From an uncultured delta proteobacterium (lineage in GTDB: Bacteria; Myxococcota; Myxococcia; SLRQ01), in assembly GCA_963727485.1 (NCBI GenBank), contig CAVSGM010000001.1, positions 128,001 through 192,000 on the forward strand: a DNA stretch of 64,000 nucleotides, given 5' to 3'. Every line of letters starts with the position of its first letter. Position 1 is the stretch's first letter. Under the pieces are notes generated by a model that had not been told where the DNA came from, ran no database searches, and saw nothing but the letters and a program-made list of their open reading frames with translations. Of this stretch, positions 9,981-18,728 are shown in pieces. Position numbers and translations under genes: made by a program.

Positions 9981-11900
9981 ATGCACTCATACACTTGGCG
10001 GATCCCCGGACGGATCGCGCTCCTCCTCGTCCTCGCCGCCGTCTCGTCCTGCGCCCGCAAGCCCCAGGTGACGCCGAAGATCTACGGCTTCACCGCCTCC
10101 GACACCTCGGTGATCGCCGGCAACCCCACCACCCTCACCGCCTACTTCAGCGGCGGCACCGGGACGGTGGATCAGGGCGTCGGTCCCATCCAGAGCGGCA
10201 AGCCGCTGCAGGTGATCCCCAAGGACAAGGACACCCGCTACACCCTCACCGTCGTGAGCGGCGGTCTCGACGCGAAGGCGGTCACGGGCCTGAACGTGAT
10301 CCCAGGCGCCAGCCTCCAGGTGTCCCTCACCGGCCAGGTGCCGCCCCTGCCCCTGGTGGCGATCGTCGAGCCCGGCAACCCGGCGACGGTGATCTCCAGG
10401 ACCACCACCCTCAAAGGCCTGCCCGCGGGCAGCTACCAGGTCGTGGCCGTCCCCAAGGTCGAGGGGGGCGTCCGCTACGATCCGACGATCACCGGCTCCC
10501 CGGTGAACCTCCCCGCCGGGGGCGTGGCCCCGGTCCAGGTCGACTGGGAGCCCACCGACACCCCGCCCTCGATCAGCCCGATCCCCGACCAGGCCATCGC
10601 GCTGACCTTCATGAAGCCCCGGGTGATCGACTTCACCATCGCCGACGGCGAGGACCCGGCGTCCGCCCTCACCGTCACCGCCACCGCCGACGATCCCAAG
10701 TTCCTCCCCGCCTCGGCGCTCCGGCTCGGGGGCAGCGGCGCCGACCGGACCCTGACCATCAAGGCGATGGCGCCCCTCGGCCGCAGCGAGGTGACCGTGG
10801 CGGTGACCGACACCGCTGGCAACACCACCACCGCGCACTTCATGGTGACCCAGGTCCAGGGGCTGGTACGCAACCTCGACGACTCGGGCACCGGGAGCCT
10901 CCGCGAGCTCCTGGAGGGGAACTCGGAGATGTCCATCGGCTTCGCGCCGGGGGTCCACGGGACCATCCACCTCACCAGCGGGCCCATCGTGGTCCGGGCG
11001 AACCTGAAGGTCTATGGCCCGGGGGCGGACCAGGTGCGCGTGGACGGCGGGGGGCAGGGCGCCATCCTGAAGGTGTCGAGCGGCGGCCTGGTGATCCACG
11101 GGCTGGCGTTCACCCACGGGAGCCCGGCGGTCGAGGTCACGCCCCTCGGGCACTTCGAGGCCACGGACTGCGCCTTCACCGACAACCAGGCCGACGCCGG
11201 CGGAGCCATCTTCGACCAGGGGACGGCGACGGTGACCCGCAGCCTCTTCCAGGGCAACGTCGCCGACTGCGGCGCCGGCTGCGCCAGCGGGGGCGGAGCG
11301 GTGCGCGTGGAGACCGTCGGGAATCCGGCGTCGTTCACGGTCACCGACTCGACCTTCACCGGCAACGTGGCAAAGAGCGTCGGCGGGGCCTCCGGGTCCG
11401 CCATCGAGGTGCAGGGCGGGGCCGTCAACATCCGCGACTGCACCCTCGCCGGGAACCTCTGCCAGGGCGTGGGGTGCGTCGGGGGGGCGCTCTCGGCCAA
11501 GGTGGTGACGGGGGCCAGCGTCACGCAGACCAACGTGACCCTCGCCGGCGACATCATCGCCGGGAACACCGGGGGCGCCACCGCCGACGTCCTCGTCGAG
11601 AGCGGGGTGGTGGTGAGCGACCAGGGCTACGACGTCCTGGGGCCGGTCAGCGGCTACACCCCGCCCGTCACCGCCTTCCGCAACGTCGTCGACCCCCACC
11701 TCTCGAGCCTCGGGGGCCATGGCGGTCCCATGCCGACGATCGTGCCCCTGCCCGAAAGCCAGGCGCGGTTCCTGGTGCCGCTGACGGTCGTGGGCGGGGA
11801 CGGCCTGGACCAGCGGGGGCAGGTGCGCCGGGCGGTGCGCCAGGTCGGGCGCTCCGATGCCGGGGCCGTGGACCGTCTCCCCACGGACCCGACCGGCTAG
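9981..11900 (+). CDS. Surface lipoprotein paralogue 2
   Basis: Lipobox VSSC; same domain order as 7567-9522 ('LTAYF', 'GSGADRTL', 'DSGTGSLR', 'DSTFTGNV', 'DQRG', 'SDAGAVDR'). Confidence 0.8.
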   Translation: MHSYTWRIPGRIALLLVLAAVSSCARKPQVTPKIYGFTASDTSVIAGNPTTLTAYFSGGTGTVDQGVGPIQSGKPLQVIPKDKDTRYTLTVVSGGLDAKAVTGLNVIPGASLQVSLTGQVPPLPLVAIVEPGNPATVISRTTTLKGLPAGSYQVVAVPKVEGGVRYDPTITGSPVNLPAGGVAPVQVDWEPTDTPPSISPIPDQAIALTFMKPRVIDFTIADGEDPASALTVTATADDPKFLPASALRLGGSGADRTLTIKAMAPLGRSEVTVAVTDTAGNTTTAHFMVTQVQGLVRNLDDSGTGSLRELLEGNSEMSIGFAPGVHGTIHLTSGPIVVRANLKVYGPGADQVRVDGGGQGAILKVSSGGLVIHGLAFTHGSPAVEVTPLGHFEATDCAFTDNQADAGGAIFDQGTATVTRSLFQGNVADCGAGCASGGGAVRVETVGNPASFTVTDSTFTGNVAKSVGGASGSAIEVQGGAVNIRDCTLAGNLCQGVGCVGGALSAKVVTGASVTQTNVTLAGDIIAGNTGGATADVLVESGVVVSDQGYDVLGPVSGYTPPVTAFRNVVDPHLSSLGGHGGPMPTIVPLPESQARFLVPLTVVGGDGLDQRGQVRRAVRQVGRSDAGAVDRLPTDPTG

Positions 11901-13009
11901 AGCTCCGCGGCAAGCTGGCCGGCGGCGAGGAGGCGCCGGTAGAGCCGGTCGAGCTCGTCGTCGGCGATGGCGAAGGCCGCCTCGCCGATGGTCAGCTCGG
12001 TGATCCCCCGCCCGGGGACGTCGCTTTGGCGCAGGTGGGTGAGCAGGCAGACCCCCTCGGTGCGGGCGATGTCGGCGCTGGCGTCGAGGAGCCGCTCGGG
12101 GTCGCCGGAGAGCGCCAGGTGCATCATGTTGGTCTGCGGCGGGTCGGGGATGAGGGTGACCCCGGGGATCGCCCGGAGCACCTTGGCCACCTCGCCGGCC
12201 CGGCGGACGTAGTCGGGGATCCGCGGGAGGTGGGTGCGCAGGCCGGCGCGGGCGCCGAGGACGTAGGGGTAGAGGGCGTAGAGGTTCCCGCCGTGGCGGC
12301 GCAGCCAGATCCGCGCCTCGGCGACGAGGTCGTCCGGGCCCGCGAGCACCGCGCCGGCGAGGCCGCCGAGGATCTTGTAGAAGCTCACGTAGACGCTGTC
12401 GAAGTGCCCGGCGATCTCGGCGTAGGGGCGATCGTAGAACGGCCCGGTCTCCCAGAGCCGCGCCCCGTCGAGGTGGAGGGCCACGCCATGCTCTCGGGCC
12501 CACGCCGCCTGGGCCTCGAGCTCGTCCCAGGTTGGCAGCTGCCCGCCGATCTCCCGCTGGGGGAGCTCGAGGAGCAGGGCCGAGAGGGGCTCGACGATGG
12601 CGTCGAGGTCGGCCCGGGTGATCACCCGGTGCCGCGCGCCGACCAGGCGCGCCTGGAGCCCGTGGAGCGCCGCGTAGCCGCGCTGCTCGTGGAGCTCGAG
12701 ATGGCAGGTGGGGTGGAAGGCCACCGGCCGGCCGCCGCGGCGCTCGGACCACAGGCGAAGGGCGATCTGCTGGGCCATGGTCCCCGACGGCATGAACACC
12801 GCCGCCGGCTTGCCCAGGAGCGTCGCCACCTCGCGCTCCAGGTCCTCGATGAGGGCGCCTTTGCCGTAGACGTCGGGCCGCTCGTCCTGGCCGACCTCGT
12901 CGGCGAGCGCCGCCAGCACCTCCTGCGGGGTGCGCCGGCCGTGGCCGGCGAGCAGCCGCTCGCATCCCCGGAACGCCGCCTGCCGCGCCTCCGCTTTCGT
13001 CTCTGCCAT
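11897..13009 (-). CDS. ltaE: Low-specificity L-threonine aldolase (PLP beta-eliminating lyase family)
   Basis: 'DVYG', 'AAVFMPSGTMAQ', 'HLDGARL', PLP-Lys motif 'SFYKILG'. Confidence 0.88.
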   Translation of the reverse strand: MAETKAEARQAAFRGCERLLAGHGRRTPQEVLAALADEVGQDERPDVYGKGALIEDLEREVATLLGKPAAVFMPSGTMAQQIALRLWSERRGGRPVAFHPTCHLELHEQRGYAALHGLQARLVGARHRVITRADLDAIVEPLSALLLELPQREIGGQLPTWDELEAQAAWAREHGVALHLDGARLWETGPFYDRPYAEIAGHFDSVYVSFYKILGGLAGAVLAGPDDLVAEARIWLRRHGGNLYALYPYVLGARAGLRTHLPRIPDYVRRAGEVAKVLRAIPGVTLIPDPPQTNMMHLALSGDPERLLDASADIARTEGVCLLTHLRQSDVPGRGITELTIGEAAFAIADDELDRLYRRLLAAGQLAAEL

Positions 13010-13041
13010 GGCGGGAGCCTACCGCGATCGCGCGCCGGGGA

Positions 13042-13320
13042 TCAGCGGGCGTCGCCGACGTCCGCCTGCCCGGCGTGGACGCGATCGATGGCGGCCTGGA
13101 GCCGGGTGATCATCTCCTCAAGGTCGAGGCGGTGGACCACCGCGGCCCGGCGCACGGTGAGGGCCTTGGCCAAGAGCTTGCGGAGGTCGTAGCGGGCGAC
13201 CCGCTTCACCCCCAGGGTCTCCATCACGTCGGCGACGTCGCCGTAGCGGGCGAGGACGTCGCCGATGCGGGTGTCGGCGGTGACCCGCATCGGGGCTGCG
13301 TTGGGATCGGCGGTGGGCAT
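13042..13320 (-). CDS. DUF1858-like small protein
   Basis: 'VTADTRIGDVLARYGDVADVM..LG...TV..AA.VH.LDLEE' pattern; GGAGG RBS. Confidence 0.65.
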   Translation of the reverse strand: MPTADPNAAPMRVTADTRIGDVLARYGDVADVMETLGVKRVARYDLRKLLAKALTVRRAAVVHRLDLEEMITRLQAAIDRVHAGQADVGDAR

Positions 13321-13332
13321 CACCGGCCTCCT

Positions 13333-14577
13333 TCAGGCAGGGGCGCCGGTGGGCGCCGGGGCAGGGTGGGGCGGGGCGAAGCGGACCTCGGTCACCCCCT
13401 GCTGCACCCGCTCGAGGAGCCGGCGGCGGATGCCGAGGGCCCCGAGGACCGGGAGCGCCAGGCGGAAGAAGCCTTGGATTTGCCACCGCGGGGCCCCGAG
13501 CATGAAGTAGCCGAGCTGGCGCTGGAAGGTCTGCATCGCCGCCACCTCGCCCTGGCGTAGCGCCTGGAACCGGCGGCCGAGGGCGTCGTCGATCCCGTGG
13601 CCCTCGGCGTGGGCTTCGAGGAGGAGGTTGGCGGCGACCACCGCGTCGCGCATGGCGAGGTTGATGCCCTGGCCCCCCACCGGGGACATGGTGTGGGCGG
13701 CGTCGCCGATGAGGAGCACGCCGGGGGCGTACCAGCGCTCGGCGCGGTCGGACTGGACCCGGAGGAACTGGGTCCGGGTCTCTGGCGTGAAGCCGGCCTC
13801 GAGCTCGGGGCGAAGCGGCGCCGGGGCGTCGGCGAGGAGGAGCCGCCGCCGGGTCTCGAAGTCCTTCGCCTTGAGGCCCCGCTCGTCCCGGCGGCCCCAG
13901 GCCATCTGGAGGCCGCCGTCGCCGGCGAGGTAGAGGATGAACACCGCGTCGCCGGTGAGGTAGGCGCGGAAGCCGTCGGGGACGAGCGCGGGATTGGCGG
14001 GTGGGGGCAGGCGCATCCAGAGGATGTTGAAGTGGGTGTCCACCGGGGTGACCGGGATCCCGAGCCTCCCCCGCAGCCCGGTGCCCCGGCCGGCGGCGAC
14101 CACGACGTCGCGGCCCCGGATGGTCTGCCTCTCGTGCCCCTGGCGCACCACCACCCCGGCGGCCGGGCCGTCCTCGTAGACGAAGTCCTCGGCGACGGCG
14201 GAGAAGGTCGCCCGGTAGCGGCCGGTGGCCTCGAGGCGCGCGTGGAGCCAGTCGAGGAACCGGGACTGGAAGAGGATGAGGCCGAAGTCCGGGTCGTCGC
14301 CGTCGCCCTCGAGGCTGGCCAGCGGCCGGTCGTCGAGGTGGATCCGGGCGGCGTGGGCGGGGCGGGCGATGCCCTCGGCGAGGAGGGTGTCGAGGAGGCC
14401 GAGCTGGCGCAGGAGGCGCAGCACCGAGAGCTGGATGCCCTCGCCCCGGAACTCCCGGTGGAAGTCGGGGTGGCGCTCGAGGAGGTGCACCCGCTCGCCG
14501 GCCTCGACGAGCAGGTACGCGAGGAGCATCCCCGCGGGACCCCCGCCGACGATCACCGTCTCCTCCCGGGGGCTCAC
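13333..14577 (-). CDS. FAD-dependent monooxygenase/oxidoreductase (UbiH-like class A)
   Basis: 'VIVGGGPAG', 'REFRGE', 'LIGDAAHTMSPVGGQGINLAMRDA'; GTGA overlap with the tetR stop. Confidence 0.9.
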   Translation of the reverse strand: MSPREETVIVGGGPAGMLLAYLLVEAGERVHLLERHPDFHREFRGEGIQLSVLRLLRQLGLLDTLLAEGIARPAHAARIHLDDRPLASLEGDGDDPDFGLILFQSRFLDWLHARLEATGRYRATFSAVAEDFVYEDGPAAGVVVRQGHERQTIRGRDVVVAAGRGTGLRGRLGIPVTPVDTHFNILWMRLPPPANPALVPDGFRAYLTGDAVFILYLAGDGGLQMAWGRRDERGLKAKDFETRRRLLLADAPAPLRPELEAGFTPETRTQFLRVQSDRAERWYAPGVLLIGDAAHTMSPVGGQGINLAMRDAVVAANLLLEAHAEGHGIDDALGRRFQALRQGEVAAMQTFQRQLGYFMLGAPRWQIQGFFRLALPVLGALGIRRRLLERVQQGVTEVRFAPPHPAPAPTGAPA

Positions 14578-15164
14578 GAGGTCCGCCTCCGCCGCCGCGC
14601 CGGCGGCTTGGCGAAGAGGACCTGGCGCAGATCGTCCCAGGCCGCCTGGGGATCGCCGTGGCTGGCGGCGCACCCGCGCATGGCGCCGGTGACCATCCAG
14701 GCGACCACCTCGGGCCTCACCGAGGGGTCGAGGGCGCCGTTTGCCTGGGCCTCCTTCAGGCAGCGGCGCACGAAGGTCACCGACCGGCGCATCTGCTTCT
14801 GGAGCCGGGCGCCCCCCTCGGGGCCGACGATCTGCTGGAGCCGGTCGGTGAAGGCGAGGCGGAGGACGTCGGGGTGCTGGGAGACGGCCTCGACCCGCTC
14901 CACGAAGAAGCGGCCGAGGCGCTCGACCGGGTCGCCACCCCCGCGGGGGATGGGGGTGAGGTGGGCCTCGAAGCGGGCCACCGCCGCCTCCAGCAGCGCC
15001 TGCTTGCTGGGGAAGTGGCGGAAGACCGCGCCGTCGGTCAGCCCCACCGCCTGGGCGATCTCCTTGATGGTGAGGGCACCGGCGCCGTCGTGGGACAGGA
15101 GGTGGAGGGCCGCGTCGGCGAGCTGGGTGCGGCGGGCCTCGGTGGGAAGTCGGGGGGACGTCAT
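14574..15164 (-). CDS. TetR/AcrR family transcriptional regulator
   Basis: HTH 'LTIKEIAQAVGLTDGAVFRHFPSKQALL'. Confidence 0.93.
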   Translation of the reverse strand: MTSPRLPTEARRTQLADAALHLLSHDGAGALTIKEIAQAVGLTDGAVFRHFPSKQALLEAAVARFEAHLTPIPRGGGDPVERLGRFFVERVEAVSQHPDVLRLAFTDRLQQIVGPEGGARLQKQMRRSVTFVRRCLKEAQANGALDPSVRPEVVAWMVTGAMRGCAASHGDPQAAWDDLRQVLFAKPPARRRRRTS

Positions 15165-15169
15165 GCAAG

Positions 15170-15200
15170 TAAGTATTTACTTATGAACGGACGTTGTCAA
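15170..15200 (-). promoter_or_regulatory. sigma70 promoter of tetR (TTGACA-17-AATACT, leaderless) overlapped by palindromic operator TAAGTA-N2-TACTTA
   Basis: TTGACA at 15200-15195, -10 at 15177-15172, 7 nt to ATG 15164; perfect inverted repeat 15170-15183 in an AT-rich patch. Confidence 0.75.
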
Positions 15201-15275
15201 GAGGCGCCCCGGTCGGGGGGCGCCTGCCGCGCTGGCCGGTCTGCATCGCGGCGCCGGCGATGCTACGGTGCCTCG

Positions 15276-17249
15276 ATGCGCCCCCACGCTTCGATCCCCT
15301 CGCTTCGCCGCCTCCCGGCCGCCCTGGCCGCCTGCCTCGTCGTCGCCGGCTGCGGCGGGGGCACCAAGACCACCAAGCCCCCCACCCCCAAGCCGGCGGC
15401 GCCCGAGATCCTCGGCTTCGTGGCCGCGGACGCCCAGGTGGTCTCCGGCACCGGCACGAAGCTCACCGCCTACTTCACCGGCGGTACCGGCACCGTCGAC
15501 GGCGGGGTGGGCGCGGTGAAGAGTGGCACCCCGGTCACGGTGACCCCGACCGCGACCACCCCCTACACCCTCACCGTGACAGGCGACGGCGGGACCAGGA
15601 CGGCGACCGCGACGGTCACCCTGGTCGACGGCGCCAGCCTCGAGGTGAGCTTCGGCGGCGACGTGCCGCCCGCGCCCCAGGTCGCCGTCGTCGGGCCAGA
15701 CGGCACCACCACCCTGCCCACCCAGGCCACCACCCTCACCGGCCTCGTGCCCGGCGACTACCAGGTGGTGGCGGCCAGCGCCCTCGACGCCGGCGTCGCC
15801 TACCAGCCCACGGTCACGGGCTCGCCGGTCACCCTCACCGCCGGGGGCTCGGCCACCGTGGAGGTCGACTGGCGAGCAAGCGACACCCCACCCCGGGTGA
15901 GCTGGGTCCGGCCCCAGTACGTCGTGCCCCAGGCGCCGACGGTGATCTCCTTCACCGTCTCCGACGCCGAGGATCCGCCGTCGGCGCTCACGGTGACCGC
16001 CACCCCGAAGGACACCACGGTGCTGCCGGCGTCGGCGCTGGCGCTCGGGGGGACCGGGGCCGATCGAACCCTGACCATCACCAGCCCGGGCCCCGCGGGG
16101 GACACGGCCGTGGAGCTGGCGGTGACCGACACCGCGGGGCACACGACCACCGAGACCGTCCCCGTGGCGCTGGTGACCCAGGTGGTCACGACCGCCGCCG
16201 ACGCCGGGGCGGGGAGCCTCCGGGCGGTGATGGGCGCCGCCCCCGCCGGGAGCGCCGTGGCCTTCGCGCCGGGGCTCCAAGGTCCGATCACCCTCACCAG
16301 CGGCGTCCTCTCCGTCGACCACGACCTCAAGATCCTGGGCCCCGGCGCCGGCGCGCTGGCCCTCGACGGTGGCGGGACCCAGGGCCTCTTCGACGTGAAG
16401 GCCGGCGCGACCCTCCAGGTGAGCGCCCTGACCTTCCAGCACGCCAAGACCGCGGTCCACGTCGAGGTCGGGGGCGTGCTCCGGGTCTGGGACGCCGCCT
16501 TCGTGGACAACGCGGCCGTCATCGGCGCCGGCATCTTCGACGAGGGGGAGGCCACGGTGACCCGGAGCCTCTTCAAGGGCAACGTGACCGACTGTGGCGC
16601 CGGGTGTGGCACCCTCGGCGGCGCCGTCAGCGTCCTCGGCAACTCTGCCGCGGCGTCGTTCGCCGTCAGCGACTCGACCTTCACCGGGAACGTGGCCAAG
16701 AGCGCCGGGGGCAGCGCCGGGGCCGCCATTGGCGCCACGTTCTTCTACGGGGGCACGGTTGCGGTGCGGGGGTGCACCGTGACCGGGAACCTCTGCCAGG
16801 GCCACTATTGCGGCGGGGGGGCGATCAGCATGGTGGCACGCGGGATGGGCGTCACCGCATCGCCGCTGGCGCTGCTCTCGATTGCCAACAGCATCGTCGC
16901 CGGGAACACCGGGGGGAGCCCCGCGGACGTCATCGCCCGGGGCGACCCCTTGGCCCCCATCCGGACCAGCAGCCACACCGACGTCCTCGGGGACCTGGAC
17001 GGCCTGACCCTGGACCCCACCGACCTCACCGGCGTCGTCGATCCCAAGCTCTCGGCCCTCGGGGACCACGGGGGGCCCACCGCCACCCTGGTTCCCCTGC
17101 CCGGGAGCCCGGCCCTGGGGCTGCGGGTCCCGACGACGTTCGGTGGCGACCCGGTGGACCAGCGCGGGAACCTTCGACGTCTCGTGAACGGCGGCGTGGC
17201 CTCCGACGCCGGGGCCGTCGATCGCCTCCCCACGGACCCGACCGGCTAG
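15276..17249 (+). CDS. Surface lipoprotein paralogue 3
   Basis: Lipobox VAGC; same architecture; ends 'SDAGAVDRLPTDPTG', identical to paralogue 2. Confidence 0.8.
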   Translation: MRPHASIPSLRRLPAALAACLVVAGCGGGTKTTKPPTPKPAAPEILGFVAADAQVVSGTGTKLTAYFTGGTGTVDGGVGAVKSGTPVTVTPTATTPYTLTVTGDGGTRTATATVTLVDGASLEVSFGGDVPPAPQVAVVGPDGTTTLPTQATTLTGLVPGDYQVVAASALDAGVAYQPTVTGSPVTLTAGGSATVEVDWRASDTPPRVSWVRPQYVVPQAPTVISFTVSDAEDPPSALTVTATPKDTTVLPASALALGGTGADRTLTITSPGPAGDTAVELAVTDTAGHTTTETVPVALVTQVVTTAADAGAGSLRAVMGAAPAGSAVAFAPGLQGPITLTSGVLSVDHDLKILGPGAGALALDGGGTQGLFDVKAGATLQVSALTFQHAKTAVHVEVGGVLRVWDAAFVDNAAVIGAGIFDEGEATVTRSLFKGNVTDCGAGCGTLGGAVSVLGNSAAASFAVSDSTFTGNVAKSAGGSAGAAIGATFFYGGTVAVRGCTVTGNLCQGHYCGGGAISMVARGMGVTASPLALLSIANSIVAGNTGGSPADVIARGDPLAPIRTSSHTDVLGDLDGLTLDPTDLTGVVDPKLSALGDHGGPTATLVPLPGSPALGLRVPTTFGGDPVDQRGNLRRLVNGGVASDAGAVDRLPTDPTG

Positions 17250-17585
17250 CCCCCGGGAGCCTGGCCGGCGGCGAGGAGGGGCCGGTAGAGCCGGTCGAGC
17301 TCGACGACGGCGTCGAGGTCGGCCCGGGTGATCACCCGGTGCCGCGCGCCGGCCAGGCGCGCCTGGAGCCCGTGGAGCGCCGCGTAGCCGCGCTGCTCGT
17401 GGAGCTCGAGGTGGCAGGTGGGGTGGAAGGCCACCGGCCGGCCGCCGCGGCGCTCGGACCACAGGCGAAGGGCGATCTGCTGGGCCATGGTCCCCGACGG
17501 CATGAACACCGCCGCCGGCTTGCCCAGGAAGGTCGCCACCTCGCGCTCCAGGTCCTCGATGAGGGCGCCTTTGCCGTAGACGTCG
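17246..17585 (-). pseudogene. ltaE: Truncated, internally deleted duplicate of ltaE
   Basis: 17300-17585 matches 12590-12875 (5 mismatches in 286 nt); 17261-17303 matches 11915-11957 (1 mismatch); 636-nt in-frame deletion; 5' end missing. Confidence 0.92.
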
Positions 17586-17597
17586 AGCCCGGTCCGG

Positions 17598-18728
17598 TTA
17601 CCCGGCGGGCGCGGCGACCAGGCGCTCGGCGAGCAGCGCCACCCCGGCCAGCGAGGCGATGGCCTCGCCGAGGTTGGGGGCGGCGAGGGCGTGGCCGCCG
17701 TCGATCCGGGCGGCGAGGCGCGCGAGCAGCGCCCGGTCGCGCTCGGCGAGTCGGTGCTCGGTGTCGGCGAGCGCCGCCAGCTTGGCCAGCGCCGCGCGCA
17801 GGGCGCCCGGCGCCGCCGCCGGCGCCTCGGCGCGCTCGAGCTCGCTCGCGTAGGCCCAGCTGCGGTTGAGGACGTAGCCGGCCACCGGGAGCGCGAGGCC
17901 CTCGAGCTTCGCCCGGAAGAACTCCGCCTCGGCGAGCGCCGAGGGGTCGGCGCTGGTGACCAGCACGAAGGTGGCGTCGTCCGAGCCGAGGAGGGTGCGC
18001 ACCTCCTCGGCGTGGCGGCGCACCGCCTGGAAGAGGTGCGAGAGCGCCTCCACCAGGGCCTGGAGATCGGTGAAGAAGGTGGCCCCGAAGACCCGGGTGA
18101 AGATCTTCTGCACCAGCCGCTGCACCCGGCCGAAGAGGCCCCGCGACGCCCCGGGCAGGAAGATGCCGATGACCTTCTCGTCGAGGAGCACGGCCAGCTT
18201 GCGCGGGGCGTCGAGGAAGTCGAGGGCGTTGCGCGACGGCGGGGTGTCGAGGATCACCAGGTCGTAGTCGTGGTCGCTTGTCGCCTGGTGGAGTGCCTCC
18301 GCGGCGGTGTACTCCTGCAGCCCGATGACCATCTCCGAGAAGTGGCCGTAGAGGGGGTTCTGGAGGACGCGCTCGACCTGGGCCTCGTCGTCGGAGAGGC
18401 GGCGGATGAGGCCCTCGACGATGGCCTTGGGATCGATCATCCAGGCGTGGAGCTCACCGTCGAGGTGGAGGCCCGCTTCCGCGAGGCGCTCGGCGGGGAC
18501 CGGCGCCGGGGCGTCGCAGTGCTCGGGCGAGATGCCCAGCGCCTCGGCGAGGCGCCGCGCCGGGTCGATGGTGAGGACCAGGGTCCGCCGGCCCATCCGC
18601 GCGCCGGCGAGCGCCAGGGCCGCCGAGGTGGTGGTCTTGCCCACGCCGCCGGCGCCGCAGCAGACGACGACGCGCTTGTCCTGGAGCAGGGGCGCCAGGA
18701 AGGTCGGGTCGGGGGCGGCGCCGGTCAT
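17598..18728 (-). CDS. ArsA/Get3-family ATPase (BagB-like)
   Basis: 'CCGAGGVGKTT', 'TIDPARRLA', 'DTPPSRNALDFL'. Confidence 0.9.
   Translation of the reverse strand: MTGAAPDPTFLAPLLQDKRVVVCCGAGGVGKTTTSAALALAGARMGRRTLVLTIDPARRLAEALGISPEHCDAPAPVPAERLAEAGLHLDGELHAWMIDPKAIVEGLIRRLSDDEAQVERVLQNPLYGHFSEMVIGLQEYTAAEALHQATSDHDYDLVILDTPPSRNALDFLDAPRKLAVLLDEKVIGIFLPGASRGLFGRVQRLVQKIFTRVFGATFFTDLQALVEALSHLFQAVRRHAEEVRTLLGSDDATFVLVTSADPSALAEAEFFRAKLEGLALPVAGYVLNRSWAYASELERAEAPAAAPGALRAALAKLAALADTEHRLAERDRALLARLAARIDGGHALAAPNLGEAIASLAGVALLAERLVAAPAG

Noticed and set aside
7567..17585. Diversity-generating retroelement or invertase shufflon behind the paralogue variation
   Set aside because: No reverse transcriptase or site-specific recombinase in the window; the duplicated segment is ltaE and its mismatches are not confined to adenines on one strand
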